Source: a virus. Taken from it: a stretch of DNA of 64,000 nt. A program made the translations under genes and the position numbers. The stretch spans positions 7,933 to 71,932 of the IMG/VR virus record IMGVR_UViG_3300031963_000094. One strand, given 5' to 3'. Numbering within the stretch: the stretch's first letter is position 1; each line of letters starts with the position of its first letter. The notes under the pieces are model-generated. The model searched no databases and was not told where the DNA came from. It worked only from the letters and a program-made list of their open reading frames with translations. This document shows positions 38,830-47,420 of the stretch, one piece after another.

Positions 38830-41800
38830 ATGGCTAGAAAAGTATTATCTGATACATACTTCTCGTTCACACCGTCAAGCAGAACGATTGTATTTAATCA
38901 AATCATTCAAAGAGAGAGATTCGTTCTCATTACGAATCTGAACACGAATCAGGTAATCTACAATTTTTCAGATCCAAATCTGAAAATTACCTCATATTCA
39001 ACATCGACAAACAACACTACTGGAGCAGCAACGACAAGTATCGTTCTTCAGTACAATACAACTGCAATGTCGGCGACCGACGATCTGCAAGTTGTCATTG
39101 ATGAGTATGAAGAGAAGTTTACTCCGTCAGAACTGTATACTGACCCAGTAAATAAATTCAGAACAAGTCAACCACAAGCATTGATTGATACTGACTTTGA
39201 ATATTCCACTCAATCAACGAAATGGGAATCTTTATCTCTTGTCAATAATCGACCATATGCATACCAAAACACAAGTGCAAACACCATTTTTTCTACTGGT
39301 GGACCACTAACTGTAACAGCCATTGCAGTCAACTCCAATTCCAGCGTGGTTACAGTTTACACCGCAAACACTGTTGCTGTAAACACTCCAGTTTTTGTAA
39401 CAGATACGGCATGGGGACCTGCTGATGGAACATTCATGGTCGATTCAGTAACACCAGGCCATGCAATTCGTTACACAACAAAACAACGTTACATTAACAC
39501 AGCAGCAGGCATAGCAAACGTTAATATTAACATTCCTGGTGTAAGTGCTGTTGCAAACGGTTCAGTGTACTCACGTGCTAATATTGGTATTGCAAACATT
39601 AACTTCATCAGCACATTTGCAAACGGTCAAATTACAACAACTCAGCCACATGGTTTGTCATTAGGCAATGAAGTTATTATTCAGGGTGCATTTGCTGCAA
39701 CATCTGGTACACCAAACGGTACTTACACAATTACTGGCGTCTACTCTAATACTACTTTCCGTATTGATGCTAACGTAGCACCAGTAAGTTCTGGTGGTAT
39801 CACTTCTTCACTGGCAAACTTGTTCTCTGCCGGTCGTTCAACAATCGTACATCGTGCATATGATGGTGGTGTTGAATTTGGTACAGCAGCAGAAGGTCAT
39901 AATAATCAATTGATTCGTCAGACACGCCGTTATTTCCGTTACCAGTCTGGTAAAGGTATTCAGATGTCAACTGGTACGTTGATGAAGCCGGCGATGCGTG
40001 TTGATAGTATTATCAGTTCAGGTGTGGTTGTAACAGTCAAAACAAAAGAGCCTCACTTCTTAGATGCAAACGTATCAATTAATGTCACCAATTGTAATGA
40101 GGTGGCATACAACGGAACATTTAATGTTTTTGAAACACTGGATCCGTATACATTCCGTTATGTTGCAAATAGCACACCATCATCTTCTACAGCGACAGGC
40201 TTATATCGTATAACCGTCAATAGTTGGTTTGGTGCTATTAACCGTGTTGGTATGTTTGATGATCAAAACGGATTGTTTTTTGAATATGACGGTACAACAT
40301 TATCGGCTGTTAGACGTTCATCAACTCGTCAAATTTCTGGTTACATCAGTGCAAACACTTCAAATACACAGATTGATGGTGTGAATGTCAACGGTGTAAC
40401 AACCAAGTTCTCTTCTGAACTTGAAGTTGGTGACTATATCGTTATCAAAGGTATGTCATATCGTGTCATTGAAATTCAATCTGACACAAGATTACATGTT
40501 TCTCCTGCGTATCGTGGTGAAACTCCACTTTTCCAAGCAGTTGCAAACAAAACTATTGATTTTAAATATACGCAATCAGAGTGGAATATAGATCGCTGTA
40601 ATGGAACAGGACCATCAGGATATAATATTGATTTAAGCAGAATGCAAATGTTGTATCTAGATTATTCATGGTATGGTGCTGGTTTTGTTCGTTGGGGATT
40701 CCGTGCTACAGATGGTAACATTATCTACTGCCATAAAGTAGTTAATAATAACGTCAACTATGAAGCATATATGCGTTCAGGTAACTTGCCCGCACGTTAT
40801 GAAACAAATACGTTCTCACGTAGAACCAGACTTCAAGCAACGATGAACTCCGGTGACAATACAATGAACGTAGCAAATGCTTCAGTTTTCCCAACAGCAG
40901 GTACATTGTGGGTATACGGTGGACCTGGTGGTCTGAGCGAATTCATTAACTATAATGGCATTTCAAATAATTCACCATCGGGTTGGACATTTAATAATCT
41001 TACACGTGGCCAAACTGGTGCCACCATCAACTGTGTGATGTCTACGACAAGCACAGTATTGAATTTGGTAGCAGGTCAAGCAACGACTGGCATTCAACCT
41101 GGCATGTATGTAAGTAATGCTAACATTCCTGGTACAGCAATTATTACTTCAGTTACTCCTGGTGTATCGATTCAACTTTCACAAGCACCACAAATTGGTG
41201 GCACAGGTCTTGTGACATTTATTCCAATGGGTAATACAGCACAAACGTTTACGTTCTCATCAACTTCGCCAACTTCTGTTGAACTTCATGCGCCAGGTTA
41301 TTCACCTAGATTGAGTCATTGGGGTACTTCTGTAATTATGGATGGTCGTTACGATGATGATAAGTCTTTCGTGTTTACTCAAGGTATGCCAGTTGCAAGA
41401 AGCATACCTCCTGGTCAGCGTATGGCAATACAAAGTTTCCGTATTTCACCATCGGTTAGTAATGGTGTTCCTGGTTCAAGACTTGGTGATCGTGAAGTAG
41501 TTAATCGTATGCAAATGATTCTACGTCAATTAGACCTCCTCTCTGGTGGTCAGTTCTTGATGGAAATTCTTTTGAATGCATCAACTGCAAATGCTACACC
41601 ACAGTGGGCTTCAGTCGGTGGTTCAAGTTTGGTTCAATATATTAATCATAGCGCAGACACAAGAATTGATGGTGGTGAAGTTATCTACGGCTTCTTCACT
41701 AACTCATCTGGTGGTACAACGAACTTGACAACAACTTCAGTCGAACTTAACTTAGTTCGTGACTTGGGTAATAGTATTTTGGGTGGAGGAACACTTGATC

Positions 41801-41916
41801 CAAATCGTGGTTTCTTTCCCGATGGACCTGATATCATTACAATTTGTGCCCGAAACGTTGGTACGGGGGCAGCATCTATCTTCTCTAGATTGTCGTGGAC
41901 AGAAGCACAGGCATAA
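38830..41916 (+). CDS. Large virion structural/fibre protein
   Basis: Y.FTP....I......E...LITN.....IYNF.DP; D.V.K.R.S.PQALIDTDFEY..Q.TKWE; RQTRRYFRYQSGKG; QM...DYSWYGAG..R.G; several inserted beta domains. Confidence 0.7.
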   Translation: MARKVLSDTYFSFTPSSRTIVFNQIIQRERFVLITNLNTNQVIYNFSDPNLKITSYSTSTNNTTGAATTSIVLQYNTTAMSATDDLQVVIDEYEEKFTPSELYTDPVNKFRTSQPQALIDTDFEYSTQSTKWESLSLVNNRPYAYQNTSANTIFSTGGPLTVTAIAVNSNSSVVTVYTANTVAVNTPVFVTDTAWGPADGTFMVDSVTPGHAIRYTTKQRYINTAAGIANVNINIPGVSAVANGSVYSRANIGIANINFISTFANGQITTTQPHGLSLGNEVIIQGAFAATSGTPNGTYTITGVYSNTTFRIDANVAPVSSGGITSSLANLFSAGRSTIVHRAYDGGVEFGTAAEGHNNQLIRQTRRYFRYQSGKGIQMSTGTLMKPAMRVDSIISSGVVVTVKTKEPHFLDANVSINVTNCNEVAYNGTFNVFETLDPYTFRYVANSTPSSSTATGLYRITVNSWFGAINRVGMFDDQNGLFFEYDGTTLSAVRRSSTRQISGYISANTSNTQIDGVNVNGVTTKFSSELEVGDYIVIKGMSYRVIEIQSDTRLHVSPAYRGETPLFQAVANKTIDFKYTQSEWNIDRCNGTGPSGYNIDLSRMQMLYLDYSWYGAGFVRWGFRATDGNIIYCHKVVNNNVNYEAYMRSGNLPARYETNTFSRRTRLQATMNSGDNTMNVANASVFPTAGTLWVYGGPGGLSEFINYNGISNNSPSGWTFNNLTRGQTGATINCVMSTTSTVLNLVAGQATTGIQPGMYVSNANIPGTAIITSVTPGVSIQLSQAPQIGGTGLVTFIPMGNTAQTFTFSSTSPTSVELHAPGYSPRLSHWGTSVIMDGRYDDDKSFVFTQGMPVARSIPPGQRMAIQSFRISPSVSNGVPGSRLGDREVVNRMQMILRQLDLLSGGQFLMEILLNASTANATPQWASVGGSSLVQYINHSADTRIDGGEVIYGFFTNSSGGTTNLTTTSVELNLVRDLGNSILGGGTLDPNRGFFPDGPDIITICARNVGTGAASIFSRLSWTEAQA

Positions 41917-42564
41917 ATGTTATCAGTAACTACATTACCAATACTGCAAGCCGTAAATGAAAACAAAGAATTTTATTTCGGCTTGCAGCCAGGTCTGTCT
42001 GGAAGAGCGGATGTTGAATACGTAAATCGTAGCATATCATTTAATCCTGCTTCCAACACCATTACTATTGGTGTTAATTTAAATCTTGGAAGAAATACGG
42101 TCAATGGTGTGGCAATTGCTGAGTCTTCGTTGCCTTCTACAAAACTTTTACCAATTAATCGTCTACTGGAAAACACATATCTAATACCAGGTTCAGCGAA
42201 TGGTAACGTAAGTATTTTTGTTGGTGATAGTTCAGTGTATTATTTGACTGGCAATACAGCTGGAAATGTTACATTTGATTTGCGAGTAAGTCCTCAAGTT
42301 CCTCTTGATAGTTTGATGGGGAATGGACAGTCACTTACGACAGCTTTTATAATGACGCAGGGTGGTGGCATACAGTATTTGGCTAATCTTTCTATTGATG
42401 GTGTGTATCAAGCAAATAGTACCAGATGGAGTGGCAATAGTAGGCCTACTTACTCTACATCACTTACAAGTCAACAGTTGGATGTGTACACTTTTACGAC
42501 AATAAAAACAGGAGCCAACACATATTCAATTTTGGGCTCAAGAACATCATACGGTTTTGGTTAA
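41917..42564 (+). CDS. Virion fibre-tip-like protein, paralog of the C-terminus of 42890
   Basis: NVTF.LR......LDS.MG.GQS.TTA...TQG...IDGV...W.G...P......DVY.FT.IKT....Y. Confidence 0.6.
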   Translation: MLSVTTLPILQAVNENKEFYFGLQPGLSGRADVEYVNRSISFNPASNTITIGVNLNLGRNTVNGVAIAESSLPSTKLLPINRLLENTYLIPGSANGNVSIFVGDSSVYYLTGNTAGNVTFDLRVSPQVPLDSLMGNGQSLTTAFIMTQGGGIQYLANLSIDGVYQANSTRWSGNSRPTYSTSLTSQQLDVYTFTTIKTGANTYSILGSRTSYGFG

Positions 42565-42568
42565 ATAA

Positions 42569-42889
42569 ATGATTCAAAAAGTTCGCACACCTCTTATTAG
42601 TACAACAAGTATTACTGGTAATTTGGTTGCCTCTGGCGCCATTGCTGGTAATAATATTGTAGAGGGTCAGATTACTGGCAACTTGATTGCTGTTGGGGCT
42701 ATTGCTGGTAACAATATTGTTGCTGGCACAATTACGGGAAATTTGATTGCTGTTGAGGCTATTGCTGGTAACAATATTGTTGCTGGCACAATTACGGGAA
42801 ATTTGATTGCGAATAATGCTGTATCTGGAAATAACATAGTATCACCTCCAGACATTTTTGATGATGTCTTTTTGTTTGGGGGTATGTAA
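42569..42889 (+). CDS. Short decapeptide-repeat linker ending DDVFLFGGM
   Basis: (AIAGNNIVAGTITGNLIA)n; last 32 aa are 29/32 identical to those of 23190..23708. Confidence 0.7.
   Translation: MIQKVRTPLISTTSITGNLVASGAIAGNNIVEGQITGNLIAVGAIAGNNIVAGTITGNLIAVEAIAGNNIVAGTITGNLIANNAVSGNNIVSPPDIFDDVFLFGGM
42683..42810 (+). repeat. 60-bp tandem duplication (two copies plus 8 bp, one mismatch)
   Basis: ttgattgctgttg(g/a)ggctattgctggtaacaatattgttgctggcacaattacgggaaat repeated with period 60. Confidence 0.9.
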
Positions 42890-43717
42890 ATGTCTGAACA
42901 AAAAGTAGAGTCGGGTCGTATAGCAGATGGTGCAATTCTTGGAAACAAGATTGCATCAAACGCCGTTCGTGGAAATAATATTGTTGCAAGTGCCATTACG
43001 GGAAACCTTATTGCTGATGGTTCTGTTTCTGGTAATAATATTGTTGATAATGCCATTCGTGGTAATAACATTGTTGCTGGCACAATCACAGGCAATTTAA
43101 TCGCAGACGGCTCAATTTCTGGTAATAATATTGTTGATAATGCCATTCGTGGTAATAACATTGTTGCTGGCACAATCACAGGCAATCTTCTTGCCGCACA
43201 AACAATTACTGGTGATGACTTAGCACCAAACAGTATTCGTGCTAACAACATCGTAGCAGGTCAAATTGCAAGTAACACACTTACTTCAAATTTACAAATA
43301 TCACTTACGCAAGTATTTGAGACTGCCAATGTTTTTACAACAGCAGTAGGTGGTAATGTAAACATTGATTTGCAGAATAATACAGTATATTTCTTTTCAT
43401 CAAATACCACTGCAAATGTAACTTTTAATCTGAGAGCAAATACACAGAACACCCTTGATTCACAACTAGGAATAGGTCAATCAGTTACTACAGCAATTTT
43501 GTTGAAACAAGGTGCAACAAGATTTCGTGCTAATGTTTACGTCGATGGTGTATTACAGGCACCGTTTTACTTGGGTAATTCTGCACCTTCTTTTGCGGCA
43601 ACACAACAAGAATCTATTGACATATATTCGTTCAATGTTATAAAAACAGCAGCGAATACATATACAATATTGGCAGCAAACTCTAATTTCCAAAGAGCAA
43701 CAAATCAGAATCCATAA
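42890..43717 (+). CDS. Decapeptide-repeat fibre protein with C-terminal domain shared with 41917
   Basis: AIRGNNIVAGTITGNL repeats, then NVTFNLR...LDS.LG.GQS.TTA..KQG...VDGV...DIYSF.VIKT..NTY. Confidence 0.65.
   Translation: MSEQKVESGRIADGAILGNKIASNAVRGNNIVASAITGNLIADGSVSGNNIVDNAIRGNNIVAGTITGNLIADGSISGNNIVDNAIRGNNIVAGTITGNLLAAQTITGDDLAPNSIRANNIVAGQIASNTLTSNLQISLTQVFETANVFTTAVGGNVNIDLQNNTVYFFSSNTTANVTFNLRANTQNTLDSQLGIGQSVTTAILLKQGATRFRANVYVDGVLQAPFYLGNSAPSFAATQQESIDIYSFNVIKTAANTYTILAANSNFQRATNQNP
43026..43186 (+). repeat. 71-bp exact direct repeat with 90-bp period
   Basis: 43026-43096 identical to 43116-43186. Confidence 0.9.
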
Positions 43718-43720
43718 CTT

Positions 43721-44674
43721 ATGGCAACTATAAACACAAGACAACAATTCAAAGATTACTGCCTGCGTAGACTAGGATTTCCGGTTATTGAAATCAACGT
43801 TGACGATGATCAGGTAGATGATCGAATTGATGATGCGCTTAATTTTTGGCGTGATTATCATTATGACGGTACAGAAAAACTGTACATGAAACATCAGATC
43901 ACACAAGCGGATATTGATCGTCAATGGATTTATTGTCCTGATGCCGTACAATTTGTTACGGGTATTTTTCCATTTGATCAGTCTAACGCATCGATCAATA
44001 TGTTTGATTTGCGTTATCAGTTGCGTCTACATGATCTTTATGACTTTACGTCGGTATCGTATGTGTCATACGAAATTACCATGCAGCACCTTCGTACATT
44101 GAATCTATTGTTCTCTGGTACACCACAATTCCGTTTTAATCGTCATCAGAACAAAGTGTTTCTTGACATTGATTGGTCAAGAGATGTTCAACCAGGTGAA
44201 TGGGTTGTCGTTGAGTGCTATCGCACAATTCGACCAGAAACAATTGTGTTGACGGGTACAGTAACGGGTGATCCATCATCAAATACAATCGTGGGTTACG
44301 GTACAAAATTTGACCAAGAAATTGTACCATTTGATTTCATTACTATTGGCACAGAATCAAAACAAGTTGGTAACATTGAGTCGCCCACAAGTTTGACATT
44401 AGTTGGACCACCAACATTAACGCATAGTAATTCAGCCATTCAAATTGAAGGCACGACTGATGTGTGGAATGATCGTTTTCTGAAACAATTGGCTACAGCA
44501 AAAATCAAACAGCAGTGGGGTAACAACCTTAAAAAGTTTGAAGGTATTCAAATGCCGGGTGGTGTTACGCTGAATGGTCAGAAAATTTATGATGAAGCAT
44601 CAGAAGAAATCAAAGAGATGGAAGAACAGATTTATCAAATGGGTTCACTACCTTCGGAAATCTTTACTGGCTAA
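43721..44674 (+). CDS. gp13: Neck protein
   Basis: R..FKDYCLRRLG.PVIEINVDDDQ..DRIDDAL.....YHYDG; K.QWG.NL.KF.G.Q.PGGVTLNG..IY.EA. Confidence 0.95.
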   Translation: MATINTRQQFKDYCLRRLGFPVIEINVDDDQVDDRIDDALNFWRDYHYDGTEKLYMKHQITQADIDRQWIYCPDAVQFVTGIFPFDQSNASINMFDLRYQLRLHDLYDFTSVSYVSYEITMQHLRTLNLLFSGTPQFRFNRHQNKVFLDIDWSRDVQPGEWVVVECYRTIRPETIVLTGTVTGDPSSNTIVGYGTKFDQEIVPFDFITIGTESKQVGNIESPTSLTLVGPPTLTHSNSAIQIEGTTDVWNDRFLKQLATAKIKQQWGNNLKKFEGIQMPGGVTLNGQKIYDEASEEIKEMEEQIYQMGSLPSEIFTG

Positions 44675-45579
44675 TGTCAACTAACTTTTATTTTAATAAT
44701 TTTCCGTCAAAGCTGGGTGGTGGCAATGTCATCACTCCAGAACAGTTATTGGTCGAAAATCTTGTCATTGAAGCACTCAAGATTTATGGCTTGGATGTTT
44801 ATTATTTACCACGCACAACACGTGATCAAGTAGACTATCTGTTTGGTGAAGATGTTTTGAAAGAATATCGCACTGCACATCCAATTGAAATGTATCTAGA
44901 AAATGTAAACGGCTTTGATGGTGAACAAGATTTCATATCTAAGTTTGGTTTAGAGATTCGTGATGAAGCAACATTGCTTGTCTCACGACTGAGATTTAGG
45001 TATGCGGTTAATGGTTTAACAAGACCTCTTGAAGGTGACTTGATTTACATACCAATGACTACAAGTTTCTTTGAGATTACCAGTGTAGAATCAGAAAACG
45101 ATCAAGCCATGTTTTATACATTAGGTCGTGGTCGAGGTGGTAATGTGTATGTGTATGCTTTGAAAATGAAACAGTTTTACTTTTCAAATGAAGTTATTGA
45201 AACAGGCATTTCAGAAATCGATGGCAATATTCGTAATTACTATCCAAAACTTCGTATTTCATTAGGCTCTGGTTCAGGTAAATTTCTTAACGATGAAATT
45301 GTATATCAAGGTTCAAATCTCTCTTCTGCTACAGCACAAGCACTAGTTTACGATTTTCAACCAAATTCATACATTGATGTGTATAGAATGCAGGGTGATT
45401 TTGTCGCATCGGCTAATGTGAAAGGTAATACAAGTTCTTCACAATGGACAGTCACACTTGCTTCTGATGCTCCAGTTCAAAACACAGCATTTGAAGACAT
45501 CATTGACAATGCTCGTATTGAAGCAGCGGGTGATGGTATCATTGACTTTACGGAAGTGAATCCGTTTGGAGAACCTTGA
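44674..45579 (+). CDS. gp14: Neck protein
   Basis: EQ.L.E.LV.E.LKIYG.DVYYLPR......LFGED; SKFGLEIRDE; P.EGDLIY.P; IDF.E.NPFG. Confidence 0.95.
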   Translation: MSTNFYFNNFPSKLGGGNVITPEQLLVENLVIEALKIYGLDVYYLPRTTRDQVDYLFGEDVLKEYRTAHPIEMYLENVNGFDGEQDFISKFGLEIRDEATLLVSRLRFRYAVNGLTRPLEGDLIYIPMTTSFFEITSVESENDQAMFYTLGRGRGGNVYVYALKMKQFYFSNEVIETGISEIDGNIRNYYPKLRISLGSGSGKFLNDEIVYQGSNLSSATAQALVYDFQPNSYIDVYRMQGDFVASANVKGNTSSSQWTVTLASDAPVQNTAFEDIIDNARIEAAGDGIIDFTEVNPFGEP

Positions 45580-46580
45580 TGTTAGGTAATTCTCAATTTT
45601 ATCATCGCACCATTCGTAAAATGGTGGTTGTGTTTGGTACAATGTTCAATGATCTTGAAATTGTTCGTTATACACAATCTGGTAGCCCAAAAGAAAAACT
45701 TAAAGTACCATTGTCATATGGTCCTAAAGAAAGATATCTGACACAGATTACTTCTGATCCAAATTTGATCAAATCGATAAACTCTGTAATACCAAGAATG
45801 TCATTTAATCTTGACAACCTTGAGTATGATTCAAGTCGTAAACAGATTTCCACACTACAGAATTTTGCTGCTGCTACAAACACCGGAGTTGCTACACAAT
45901 ATTTACCTGTGCCATATAACTTTGAATTTAGTTTATCAATTTATGTTCGCAACACAGAAGATGGCACACAAATACTGGAACAAATACTACCATTCTTCAC
46001 ACCAGATTTTAGTGTTGTAGTAGATTTTATTCCTCAAATGAATCAGAAGTACACAGTGCCTATCATACTTAATTCAGTAGCATCGACAGTTGATTATGAA
46101 GGTGGCATGGGTGATGGTACAACACGAATTATTGTTTGGGATTTAACGTTTACAGCCAAGAGTTTCATCTGGCCACCAGTCAAAACAGGTAAAATTATTA
46201 ATGCTGCTAATACCAATATCAACATTGATCTTACCTCAAAAGAAATTCAAAAAGTCTATGTTGACTATGCGAATGGTAACAATGTGTTTACAACTGGAGA
46301 AACACTCCGTGATAGTGCCAATGGATTCTTTGGTACTGTAGAATACTTCAGCAACACTTCACTTGGCACATTAGTCATTACTGGTGGTAATAAGTATATA
46401 CAAACTGGCTATACACTTACAGGTGATTATTCTGGAGCAAGATATAATGTGTCTACGCTAGATACAACTTCAATCAATGCTGCTGCGGTAATTGTTGAGC
46501 CTAATCCAACAACAGCCGCACCGCCAGCAGACTTTGGATTTATTGAAACGATTAAAGAATGGCCTGATACATTATCATGA
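45579..46580 (+). CDS. gp15: Tail sheath stabiliser / tail terminator
   Basis: FYH..IRK.VV.FGT.FND; VPL.YGPKE; PRMSF; PVPYN..F.LSIY....EDG.QI.EQILPFF.P. Confidence 0.95.
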   Translation: MLGNSQFYHRTIRKMVVVFGTMFNDLEIVRYTQSGSPKEKLKVPLSYGPKERYLTQITSDPNLIKSINSVIPRMSFNLDNLEYDSSRKQISTLQNFAAATNTGVATQYLPVPYNFEFSLSIYVRNTEDGTQILEQILPFFTPDFSVVVDFIPQMNQKYTVPIILNSVASTVDYEGGMGDGTTRIIVWDLTFTAKSFIWPPVKTGKIINAANTNINIDLTSKEIQKVYVDYANGNNVFTTGETLRDSANGFFGTVEYFSNTSLGTLVITGGNKYIQTGYTLTGDYSGARYNVSTLDTTSINAAAVIVEPNPTTAAPPADFGFIETIKEWPDTLS

Positions 46581-46978
46581 AAAAACTGAATAAAAATTTA
46601 TCTGAAATCTTTGATGTTGAGCCTATTGAAGAAGGCCGAATCGAAACAATGCCTGTTGTAATAGATGATAGTGCTAATCAAATTGATGCCGATGCTGAAT
46701 TTGCTCGTACAAATATGCGTTCATTGATTGATAATGGTAACCGAGCATTGACTGAATTAGCTTCAGTTGCGAATCAATCAGAGTCACCAAGAGCATATGA
46801 AGTCTTAGCCACAATGATGAAAAATCTGGCTGAGATGAATAAAGATTTACTAGAGTTACAAAAAAGAAAAAAAGAGCTTGCACCTCAGTCGGAGTCTAGT
46901 AAAGGAGTCAACGTCGATAAAGCAATCTTCGTTGGCTCCACTACCGAATTACTTAAAATGATCAAAGGAAATAAATAA
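46577..46978 (+). CDS. gp16: Terminase small subunit
   Basis: D.EFAR.N...LI..G..A......VA..SE.PRAYEV....K......K.L..LQ...FVGST.EL.K. Confidence 0.93.
   Translation: MKKLNKNLSEIFDVEPIEEGRIETMPVVIDDSANQIDADAEFARTNMRSLIDNGNRALTELASVANQSESPRAYEVLATMMKNLAEMNKDLLELQKRKKELAPQSESSKGVNVDKAIFVGSTTELLKMIKGNK
46970..46977 (+). promoter_or_regulatory. Late promoter AATAAATA, 5 nt before the Dps ATG
   Basis: AATAAATAaaattATG. Confidence 0.5.
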
Positions 46979-46982
46979 AATT

Positions 46983-47417
46983 ATGGAACAACTAATCGAA
47001 CAAATGAAGGTTATTCTTGGTACGAACTTTGCTTTGTACTTTAAAGCACATACCTATCATTGGAATGTAGAAGGTCCAAACTTTGCTGAGTATCATGGTT
47101 TTCTTGGTACATTCTATGAGGCAGTGTTTGATCAAACTGATCTAATCGCAGAACACATTCGTGCGTTAAATTCTTATGCTCCAACAACTCTTGGAAGAAT
47201 GAGTGAATTGTCCAAGATTACTTTTAACGTAGCGATACCTGCACCAGTCGTAATGATGTCTGAACTTGCCGCTGACAATGATAAATTTATCATGGAACTT
47301 CGTACAGGTATTGCTGTTGCTGACGCTGCTGACGAACCTGCTGTAGGTAACTTCTTACAAGATATTCTAGACGCTCATCAAAAACATGGTTGGATGCTGA
47401 AGAGTTTTACACGATAA
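46983..47417 (+). CDS. dps: Dps / ferritin-like protein
   Basis: LYFKAH.YHWNV.GPNF...H......Y.......D.IAE.IR.L...P and H.K..WML; ferroxidase-type H26, H38, D53, E57 present. Confidence 0.9.
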   Translation: MEQLIEQMKVILGTNFALYFKAHTYHWNVEGPNFAEYHGFLGTFYEAVFDQTDLIAEHIRALNSYAPTTLGRMSELSKITFNVAIPAPVVMMSELAADNDKFIMELRTGIAVADAADEPAVGNFLQDILDAHQKHGWMLKSFTR

Positions 47418-47420
47418 ATT

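Noticed and set aside
23610-42889. Duplicated gene ends as a DGR template/variable repeat pair
   Set aside because: Differences are mostly synonymous and not adenine-specific, both copies are coding, and no reverse transcriptase is in the window
42667-43251. 194-aa minus-strand repetitive ORF
   Set aside because: Antisense mirror of the decapeptide repeats; no independent expression signals
22557-43717. Invertible tail-fibre switch (Gin/Cin type)
   Set aside because: All fibre genes are on one strand; I saw no invertase or flanking inverted repeats
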